Source: Minisyncoccota bacterium (GTDB lineage Bacteria; Patescibacteriota; Minisyncoccia; Phycocordibacterales; UBA5272). Taken from it: a stretch of DNA of 64,000 bases. Position 1 is the first letter of the stretch. Each line of letters begins with the position of its first letter. Of the stretch, positions 1-6,512 are shown one piece after another. The position numbers were made by a program, and so were the translations under genes. The stretch spans positions 100-64,099 of the forward strand of contig JAGOTK010000002.1 of the NCBI GenBank assembly GCA_018061825.1. Reading direction: 5' to 3'. The notes beneath the pieces are model-generated. The model saw only the letters and a program-made list of their open reading frames with translations. It was not told the DNA's origin and did not search any database.

Positions 1-82
1 AGTTTCTTTTAGGTAAATGTATGTGTGGAGCAGAAAAACATTTGTATAGTGAAGTGAAGGATAAAAATAAAAAATAATTTTA

Positions 83-114
83 AAAAACTCTGTAAAAATT
101 TTACAGAGTTTTTT
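83..114 (+). terminator. Rho-independent terminator hairpin (ctctgtaaaa/ttttacagag stem followed by T-run) ending the upstream, off-window gene
   Basis: Perfect inverted repeat 88-97/99-108 followed by TTTTTT; seen directly in sequence. Confidence 0.5.
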
Positions 115-125
115 ATTATATATGC

Positions 126-155
126 TTGACAAATAATTATATAGTGCTATACTAT
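126..155 (+). promoter_or_regulatory. sigma70-like promoter (TTGACA, 16-nt spacer, extended -10 TGcTATACT) upstream of the DGR target gene
   Basis: Near-consensus -35 TTGACA at 126-131 and TG-n-TATACT at about 145-155; about 110 nt upstream of the ATG at 267. Confidence 0.45.
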
Positions 156-266
156 ATATAGTTAAATCTGCTCTTTGAAAATTAAGAAAACAAAGGCAAA
201 TTTAAAATTCAAAAATAATAACTAAATATATAAATCTTTTATTTTTCATTTTTAAATTAACAAACA

Positions 267-914
267 ATGACAACTTATCAAAAAGTCGTTTCGCTGTTGG
301 GTAAAGACTTCGCAGCAATTCTTGAGCTTTTAAAAAAGCTCTTTATTACCTGGAATCTTGATTCTAAAAAATTTTTCCACACAATTAACCATCTTAAAAA
401 AGAGGAGATTATTGGTCTCATGGATGGGACTTATGAAATTGTACGTAAAAAAGTTGTAGGAAAGCTTTTCGTATTTTCTGAATTCTTTTTTACCAGACAA
501 GGGCTTTACGTTTGGGATTCTTTAAAAGAAAGAATTGGCTCTATTTACAAAGAGTCGACAGAGTACAAAAGTATCGACGATCTAAAACCAGCTTTTGATC
601 TGAATCGTAATATGTATGATTCAGAAATAATTAAAGAAATGGGCGGAGAAGAAAAAGTAAGAGAAAATGCTGTGACGATGGATCAGATCGAGCAATTGAT
701 TAAAAATCAATGGGAAGGTAAGGCTGGTATTATGCTTAATAATGGCTTTGCAAATATTTTTTACGTTATAGGTAAAAATAACCAGTTGTTTGCTGTGGAT
801 GTGGGCTGGAGCTCTGGTGTTCAGGGGTGGAGCGCGTTTGCTTTCGAGCTTGATGGGCATGGTCGTTGGCGTCAGGGCCGTCGTGTCTTTAGCAACAAGA
901 ACTTTGTCTCTTAA
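267..914 (+). CDS. DGR target (variable) protein, 215 aa; C-terminal ~40 aa encoded by VR (ligand-binding fold presumed C-type-lectin-like); N-terminal domain of unknown function
   Basis: ATG at 267; the C-terminus (AVDVGWSSGVQGWSAFAFELDGHGRWRQGRRVFSNK) is the diversified counterpart of the Asn-codon-rich TR; TAA at 912-914. Confidence 0.75.
   Translation: MTTYQKVVSLLGKDFAAILELLKKLFITWNLDSKKFFHTINHLKKEEIIGLMDGTYEIVRKKVVGKLFVFSEFFFTRQGLYVWDSLKERIGSIYKESTEYKSIDDLKPAFDLNRNMYDSEIIKEMGGEEKVRENAVTMDQIEQLIKNQWEGKAGIMLNNGFANIFYVIGKNNQLFAVDVGWSSGVQGWSAFAFELDGHGRWRQGRRVFSNKNFVS
785..899 (+). repeat. DGR variable region (VR), including the conserved 3' IMH-like segment cgtgtctttagcaacaa
   Basis: About 115-bp repeat matching TR; where TR has A, VR has G/T/C at about 23 positions; one non-A mismatch (835 C vs TR 1278 T). 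Confidence 0.8.
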
Positions 915-921
915 TTCTTTT

Positions 922-979
922 AATCCCTTGGATACTTTGCGCTTTGCGCTTTGCGCTTTGCACTTTGATCCAAGGGATT
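922..979 (+). terminator. Long stem-loop (12-bp stem aatcccttggat/atccaagggatt, 34-nt loop containing (CTTTGCG)x3) immediately 3' of VR, followed by T5; candidate DGR cruciform/homing enhancer and terminator
   Basis: Perfect 12-bp inverted repeat 922-933/968-979; tandem heptamer in the loop; T-run 980-984. Confidence 0.6.
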
Positions 980-1227
980 TTTTATTATATAATTTATTTG
1001 AGTTTGAATATGTAAAAGATTATGGTTTTTTACTGAACTCAAGAAATGTATAAATGAGAATTAATAAAATTATTATTTTATTAATAGGTTTATATAATTT
1101 TTTAATTAAAAATAATATTGTTGGTATTTCATTTTAGTAAATTTTATATTTAGAATTAAATTCAATCTGAAAATTAATAGAAATATTTTTTGACAGATGG
1201 TGGTATAGAAGAAATGAGATACAAAGT

Positions 1228-1342
1228 TTTGTTTGCTGTGAATGTGAACTGGAACTCTGATGATCAGAAGTGGAACGTGAATGATTACAAGCTTGATGAG
1301 AATGGTAATTGGAATCAGGGCAATCGTGTCTTTAGCAACAAA
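1228..1342 (+). repeat. DGR template repeat (TR), non-coding, rich in AAC/AAT (Asn) codons in the VR frame
   Basis: Gap-free alignment to VR at a +443 offset; adenines at the mismatch positions; the ORF-track entry 1190..1429 is a spurious TTG-initiated frame over the TR. Confidence 0.8.
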
Positions 1343-1349
1343 TATTACT

Positions 1350-1377
1350 CTCTCCTAATCTTTAGGAGAGTTTTTTT
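1350..1377. terminator. Hairpin (ctctcct/aggagag) plus T7 just 3' of TR; overlaps the avd stop codon and likely acts as a bidirectional terminator
   Basis: 7-bp perfect stem 1350-1356/1364-1370, loop aatcttt, T-run 1371-1377; the convergent avd ends at 1355. Confidence 0.5.
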
Positions 1378-1717
1378 CTATCTGTCCAAGCCATCCACCA
1401 AGCATTCTTCCTATTTCATCAATCGGTAAAGAAAGTAATTCATATTTTTTAGTATCTATTGATCTTGTTTCCCAGAGCACAAGTAAAAGTATTTTCAGTG
1501 TATCGAGTTTTCTTATCGCTGTCCTTAAATATGGAATCTTATCATCTTTTTTTACAAAGCTTGCACTAGAAATCATTTCTATTATTTCTATAAATAAATT
1601 ATCTATTTTTATTGCTAGAGTATAGCGATGAGTTTTTGGTATCGTGTGATAGACACTATACCAAAATAAATATATACTTTTCACTTTTTGCAAAATTGGA
1701 ATTAATTTTTCTTGCAA
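1355..1717 (-). CDS. avd: Accessory variability determinant (Avd)-like four-helix-bundle protein (23S rRNA-intervening-sequence protein family)
   Basis: 120 aa; sequence pattern typical of the four-helix-bundle family (…LFWYS…IGRMLGGWLGQI…); sits next to the DGR RT; apparent TTG start at 1717. Confidence 0.7.
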   Translation of the reverse strand: MQEKLIPILQKVKSIYLFWYSVYHTIPKTHRYTLAIKIDNLFIEIIEMISSASFVKKDDKIPYLRTAIRKLDTLKILLLVLWETRSIDTKKYELLSLPIDEIGRMLGGWLGQIEKNSPKD

Positions 1718-1759
1718 TTTCGTCGGGGGGGGGTAATATTAGTAGTATTCATATATTTT

Positions 1760-2776
1760 ATGAAATATTATACTACAAGCTATGAAGAAATTATTTCTCT
1801 AGAAAATTTACTTTTAGCATATAAAGAATTTAAAAAAGGAAAAACTAAAAAGAAGGATATGATAGAGTTTGAATTTAATTTAATGAGTAATTTGATATAT
1901 TTACATAATGAATTGAAAAATAAAATATATAAGCATGATAATTATTTACATTTTAAAATAAATGATCCAAAAGCAAGAGATATACACAAAGCAAAAGTGA
2001 AAGACAGAGTTCTTCATCATGCTATATATAGAAAACTCTATCCATTTTTTGATAAGGCTTTCATAAGTGATTCTTATTCTTGTAGAAATGATAAAGGTAC
2101 ACATAAAGCTTTAAAACAATTTGAAAAATATACAAGAAAAGAAAGCAAAAACTATACTCGTCAGTGCTATATTTTAAAATGTGATATACAGAAATTTTTT
2201 GCAAATATTGATCATAATATTTTACTTTCTATTTTAAATAAAAAAATTCTGGATAAGGATATTATTTATCTTTTAAAAAATATTATTGAAAGTTTTAATA
2301 CAAAAGAAAAATTAGAAAAAGGATTGCCTCTTGGAAATTTAACTTCTCAACTTTTAGTAAATATTTACATGAACGAGTTTGATCAATTTGTAAAACACAC
2401 TTTAAAAGTGGAATCTTATATAAGATATGCTGATGATTTTGTATTTATTAATAAAGATAAAATATGTTTAGAAAAATTAAAATATCAAATAGCTGATTTT
2501 TTAAAACAAGAATTAAAACTAAACCTTCATCCAGATAAAGTTTTTATTAAAACAATTTATTCTGGAATAGATTTTTTAGGATTTATATATTTTGCAAAAC
2601 ATAAAGTTTTAAGAACTAATACAAAAAGAAGAATGCTACGAAAATTAAAAGAAAATGATTTTAAGAAAGAAAGTTTAGATTCTTACTTTGGATTATTAAA
2701 GTTTGGAAATACTTTCAAAATTCAATCAAAAATTAAAAAAGAAATGGCAATACTTGTAATAGAAGAAAAGTTTTAA
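1760..2776 (+). CDS. DGR-type reverse transcriptase
   Basis: RT motifs present: SYSCRNDKGTHKA (motif 2), LPLGNLTSQLLVNIYMNEFD (motif 4 with the DGR-specific I/LGxxxSQ), SYIRYADDFVFI (motif 5, YxRYxDD), GFIYF (motif 7). The probable ATG is at 1760; the ORF-track start at 1712 would overlap avd. Confidence 0.85.
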   Translation: MKYYTTSYEEIISLENLLLAYKEFKKGKTKKKDMIEFEFNLMSNLIYLHNELKNKIYKHDNYLHFKINDPKARDIHKAKVKDRVLHHAIYRKLYPFFDKAFISDSYSCRNDKGTHKALKQFEKYTRKESKNYTRQCYILKCDIQKFFANIDHNILLSILNKKILDKDIIYLLKNIIESFNTKEKLEKGLPLGNLTSQLLVNIYMNEFDQFVKHTLKVESYIRYADDFVFINKDKICLEKLKYQIADFLKQELKLNLHPDKVFIKTIYSGIDFLGFIYFAKHKVLRTNTKRRMLRKLKENDFKKESLDSYFGLLKFGNTFKIQSKIKKEMAILVIEEKF

Positions 2777-3001
2777 TTAAAATATAAAAATAAAAATAAA
2801 AAATATTTATAAATTTATTTTTTATAAAATTTTTTTTTAAAAAATAAAAAATATTTTTTGAGTTATCCACAAAATATTTTTTAAAAACTATTGTATAAAT
2901 TTTTTTTGAATGAGATAATAATAATAAGAGAGGCAGACCAAAGGTCCAAGGTCAAAAATTAAAAGCGCACTCTCTAGTATTTAATACTAAAAAACAAAAA
3001 T

Positions 3002-3109
3002 ATGGTAGCAAAGAAAAAAGTAGCAAAGAAAAAAGTTGCTAAAAAAGTAGCACACAAAAAAGTTGCTAAGAAAGTAGCAAAGAAAAAAGTTGCTAAGAAA
3101 AGAAAATAG
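3002..3109 (+). CDS. Possible 35-aa lysine-rich basic peptide (MVAKKKVAKKKVAKKVAHKKVAKKVAKKKVAKKRK), histone H1/Hc1-tail-like; encoded by three tandem ~27-nt repeats
   Basis: ATG 3002, TAG 3107-3109, strong terminator 22 nt downstream; no SD; shorter than the ORF-track cutoff. Confidence 0.25.
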   Translation: MVAKKKVAKKKVAKKVAHKKVAKKVAKKKVAKKRK

Positions 3110-3130
3110 TTTTTACAAATTATTTAAATT

Positions 3131-3168
3131 AAAATCCTCTGCGTCTCCCACGACAGAGGATTTTAATT
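3131..3168 (+). terminator. Rho-independent terminator (aaaatcctctg/cagaggatttt)
   Basis: 11-bp stem 3131-3141/3154-3164 followed by a T-run. Confidence 0.55.
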
Positions 3169-3238
3169 TATCTGAATATAGAGGTATAATATGTATATTA
3201 AAAATAAGTTTTTTTAATAATATTTAAATAAAAATTTT

Positions 3239-3607
3239 ATGAATATAAAAATAAAAGGTGTAGACATTGAAGTGACAGAATCTATAAGAGATTATTCTGA
3301 TAAAAAAGTATACGAAGCCCTTAAAAAATTTAAATATATGGGAGAAAGTAGTGATATTTTTGTAGAAATTGAGCTTTCAAAGACGAATAATCATCACAAC
3401 AATGGTGAACTTTATAATGTGTCTATAAAAGTTTCTGGGACAAAGAAAAATATTTTTGTTGAAGAAAGTAAAGATGATCTATATGCTGCTATAGATGCTG
3501 TAAAAGATAAATTAGAATATAGATTGTCAGAAGATAAAGATAAAAAATTATCAGTTCATCACAAGCTTGCTGTGAAATTTAAAAAGATGTTTAGAAAAGG
3601 AGAATAA
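3239..3607 (+). CDS. hpf: Ribosome hibernation promoting factor / RaiA (YfiA family)
   Basis: N-terminus MNIKIKGVDIEVTESIRDY… and length typical of the HPF/sigma-54 modulation protein family. Confidence 0.7.
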   Translation: MNIKIKGVDIEVTESIRDYSDKKVYEALKKFKYMGESSDIFVEIELSKTNNHHNNGELYNVSIKVSGTKKNIFVEESKDDLYAAIDAVKDKLEYRLSEDKDKKLSVHHKLAVKFKKMFRKGE

Positions 3608-3608
3608 T

Positions 3609-4280
3609 ATGAAAAATGTATCAACTATAGCAATAATATCAATTGTAGTTTTGATTTTACTTGGAATATTTTTATACAAAGGAAAAGATAAAGAAGATAA
3701 TCTTTTGGATAGGGAAATAAATATTCAAGCAAAAGAAACATCTACAAATATTAATACAGATAATCAAAATAAAAATACAACTATGGATAATAATCAAATA
3801 CAGAATTATAAAGAAGCCGTGCTTCATACAAATATGGGAGATATCACATTATCTTTATCTACTGATAAGCCAGACACGACTTCAAATTTTATAAAGCTTG
3901 CTTCAAGTGGATTTTATAATGGTGTAAAATTTCACAGAGTGATAAAAGGATTTATGATTCAGACAGGTGATCCTCTTTCAAAAGATGATACAAAAAAAGA
4001 TTCTTGGGGTACTGGTGGGCCAGGGTATAAATTTGCAGATGAATTAACAGGAAAAGAAACATATACAGTAGGTACTGTAGCCATGGCAAACAGTGGCCCA
4101 AATACAAATGGATCTCAATTCTTTATCATGACAAGTGACACACCTCTTCCACCAAGCTATACAGTATTTGGAAAAGTTATTCTTGGTCAAGAAGTTGCTC
4201 AAAAGATACAAGAAGTAAAAACAGGACAAAGTGATAGACCATTAGAATCTATAATAATAAATTCAGTAGAATTAAAATAA
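3609..4280 (+). CDS. ppiB: Peptidyl-prolyl cis-trans isomerase, cyclophilin type, with N-terminal membrane anchor
   Basis: FHRVIKGFMIQTGDP, GTGGPGYKFADE and MANSGPNTNGSQFFI cyclophilin signatures. Confidence 0.8.
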   Translation: MKNVSTIAIISIVVLILLGIFLYKGKDKEDNLLDREINIQAKETSTNINTDNQNKNTTMDNNQIQNYKEAVLHTNMGDITLSLSTDKPDTTSNFIKLASSGFYNGVKFHRVIKGFMIQTGDPLSKDDTKKDSWGTGGPGYKFADELTGKETYTVGTVAMANSGPNTNGSQFFIMTSDTPLPPSYTVFGKVILGQEVAQKIQEVKTGQSDRPLESIIINSVELK

Positions 4281-4367
4281 ATATTAAATATAAAGAGAAA
4301 AATATTTAATTATTAAAATACTTTTTAGAATAAATCTCATCAAGAGAAAAATTCTAAGAAGTATTTT

Positions 4368-5255
4368 TTATTTTAAGTATCCTTTTTCAAAATCAGTAAA
4401 AGTCATTTCAGATTTTCCTTCTGGAATGACTTTTTTTATTATTTCTTTTGCAGATTTATCTTTTGCAAAATCTTTATCAAGGTTTATTTCTGTTATTTTT
4501 ACTCTTATTTCTCTATCTTTATGATTTATAAAAAAGAATATTGGAATATGTGGTAAAAATGCGCGAAATTTATTTTGCAATTCTTCCGCTTTATCCTCAA
4601 GCTTTATTTCTCCTTCTTTCTTTTCAAATTTTCTTGTGAATGTGGCTTTATTGTGATCTTGATCTAAGAGTTTTAAGTTTCCAGCTATATAATGCTCTAA
4701 AATTTGTGAGATCATCTGTCCTCCCATATTTCCAGCTTTTCTTTCTATTATTTCATTTGTATCTTCATCTTCTAATTGCAATTCAGTTTGTATTAGTATT
4801 GGTCCATGATCTATTTCTTCATCAAGCTTCATTATAGTGATTCCTATTTTATTATCTCCTTTTAATAATGCAGTCTGTATTGGTGAAGGCCCACGAAGAT
4901 TTGGCAAGCTAGATGGGTGAATATTTAAACATCCATATTTTGGTAAATCAAGAATTTTCTTTTTTAAAATTTTTGGATAACTAACTACGATACCAATCTC
5001 AAAATCTTCTTTACCGAGAGGAGATAAATTTATATCTAAATTTTTTAAAGTTTCAGGTTGCCAATAAGGAATATTTTTTGACTCACACCATGTTGCTATT
5101 ATATTTTTTTGTAATTGTAAATTTCTTCCAGATTTTTTATCTCGACTTGTTATAACAAGAGTAGGAAGTATGCTTTCTTTGTAAAGTGAATATAGAGAAC
5201 TCTCAGCAAGTGGACCAGAACCAAAAAAAACAAATTTTATTTTTTTATTTTCCAT
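4368..5255 (-). CDS. fmt: Methionyl-tRNA formyltransferase
   Basis: N-terminal KIKFVFFGSGP; NIHPSLLPNLRG-like motif (NIHPSSLPNLRGPSPIQ); downstream of def on the same strand. Confidence 0.8.
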   Translation of the reverse strand: MENKKIKFVFFGSGPLAESSLYSLYKESILPTLVITSRDKKSGRNLQLQKNIIATWCESKNIPYWQPETLKNLDINLSPLGKEDFEIGIVVSYPKILKKKILDLPKYGCLNIHPSSLPNLRGPSPIQTALLKGDNKIGITIMKLDEEIDHGPILIQTELQLEDEDTNEIIERKAGNMGGQMISQILEHYIAGNLKLLDQDHNKATFTRKFEKKEGEIKLEDKAEELQNKFRAFLPHIPIFFFINHKDREIRVKITEINLDKDFAKDKSAKEIIKKVIPEGKSEMTFTDFEKGYLK

Positions 5256-5261
5256 AATAAT

Positions 5262-5801
5262 TTATTTATCAAAATATATTTCTTCTATATTGTCTGCATG
5301 GTCTATAAAAAGTATGCCATCAAGATGCTCACACTCATGTTGAAATATCTGAGCTATAAGATTTGAAGCTCCAAAAGTAAATTTGACCCCATTAAAATCT
5401 TGAGCTTCTATAGTCACACTTAAATGTCTTGTAGTGGTACCATAAAGTGGTCTAACAGAAAGACAACCTTCTTCTGCGTCTATCATTTTTTTACTTGCTT
5501 TAATTATTTTTGGATTTATGAATATTAATGGCTTCCATTTTGAATCTTTATTATTGACTTTATAAGCTTCCTCTTTTACTACAAAAATTCTTTTTGATAT
5601 TCCAATTTGTGGAGCAGCTATAGCTACACCGTCTTTTTCCTTTTCCATAAGATCTTTCATATCTTCAAGTATTTTTTTTAGTTCTATTTTTCCAAATTCT
5701 GATTTGGATACAACCTTAGCTTCATGTCTTAAGACACTAGTTTCTTCAATAGCTTGCTCCAACTCTTCTTTTTTCCAATCTATTTGTATTATTTTAGCCA
5801 T
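5262..5801 (-). CDS. def: Peptide deformylase
   Basis: Conserved GVAIAAPQIG, EGCLSV and HECEHLDG motifs. Confidence 0.85.
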   Translation of the reverse strand: MAKIIQIDWKKEELEQAIEETSVLRHEAKVVSKSEFGKIELKKILEDMKDLMEKEKDGVAIAAPQIGISKRIFVVKEEAYKVNNKDSKWKPLIFINPKIIKASKKMIDAEEGCLSVRPLYGTTTRHLSVTIEAQDFNGVKFTFGASNLIAQIFQHECEHLDGILFIDHADNIEEIYFDK

Positions 5802-5856
5802 ATTTTTAAAGCTTATTTATACAAAAATTTTAGCATATTCATTTTTTAAAATATAC

Positions 5857-5885
5857 TTGACAAAATATCATAATTTATTATACTA
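5857..5885 (+). promoter_or_regulatory. sigma70-like promoter (TTGACA-16-TATACT) for the ORF at 5969
   Basis: Consensus hexamers seen in sequence. Confidence 0.4.
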
Positions 5886-5968
5886 TCAAGACTTAAATAA
5901 GTTCTTTAAAAAATAAAATTACAACTTTAAATATATAAACATTTTAATCACAATTAAATTTTTAAACA

Positions 5969-6442
5969 ATGAGTAAAATTTCACAAATTTTTAAAATTGA
6001 AATTGATTTAAGGCTTACAAATCGTGAAGCTTTAGAATCAGTTGGTATTGTTAAAGGATATAGAAATATTAAAATAATAGACAAAGCTCCCAGACTAATT
6101 TCTACTCAGAGAGAATTTCTCTCAGGTGCAGATATAGTAGAAAGAGAAGTTTATGTACTTTATGAAAAAGAAAGCTTGTCTTTTACTGAGATAAATGATC
6201 TGTATCAGAAAAATGATTTAGAGCCTGTTGATTTTCAGACTTTTTGTTCTACTCTTAAAAATAAAGCAAAAGATTTTAATAGATCTTGCATTTTATCGTG
6301 GGAAGATTTTTTAAATAATTCTTATGCAGCAGCCTTTTTTTTATTAAGAGAAGTAGAAAACAACAGATTGTCTGTAGGCGAAAGAGGATTCTATTCTTTT
6401 AATGCTTATTATTTAGGTTTTAAAAGAGGAGTGTATGTTTAA
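5969..6442 (+). CDS. Hypothetical protein (157 aa)
   Basis: Intact ORF with coding-like composition; no recognisable motifs. Confidence 0.4.
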   Translation: MSKISQIFKIEIDLRLTNREALESVGIVKGYRNIKIIDKAPRLISTQREFLSGADIVEREVYVLYEKESLSFTEINDLYQKNDLEPVDFQTFCSTLKNKAKDFNRSCILSWEDFLNNSYAAAFFLLREVENNRLSVGERGFYSFNAYYLGFKRGVYV

Positions 6443-6512
6443 TTTCTTTTATTTGGTTTGTCTTTAGCTCTTTGATTATTTCAAAGGGCTTTTGTTTTAT
6501 TAAAAGTGTTAT

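Larger units (their letters stand above)
267..2776 (+). mobile_element. Diversity-generating retroelement (DGR) cassette: target gene with C-terminal VR, TR, avd (minus strand), reverse transcriptase
   Basis: VR (785-899) and TR (1228-1342) align without gaps at a constant 443-bp offset; mismatches are almost exclusively TR-adenine to VR-any base; Avd-like 120-aa four-helix-bundle ORF and RT with the DGR hallmark motifs (LPLGNLTSQ, SYIRYADDF) are adjacent. Confidence 0.85.

Noticed and set aside
621-1053. ORF-track entries 621..860 (-) and 790..1053 (+), and many similar 60-120-aa antisense or overlapping ORFs throughout the window
   Set aside because: They are shadow ORFs inside or opposite well-supported genes in low-GC DNA. 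They have no motifs, and the 790..1053 ORF spans the VR stop codon and the terminator hairpin.
1190-1429. ORF-track CDS (79 aa, TTG start) whose product resembles the C-terminus of the 267..914 protein
   Set aside because: It is the DGR template repeat, not a paralogous gene fragment: differences from VR are confined to adenines, it has no ATG or SD, and it runs through a terminator hairpin into the convergent avd.
2863-2871. Perfect DnaA box TTATCCACA in AT-rich intergenic DNA downstream of the RT
   Set aside because: It is a single box with no clustered or inverted partners and no dnaA/dnaN nearby, so it is compatible with chance and not called as oriC.
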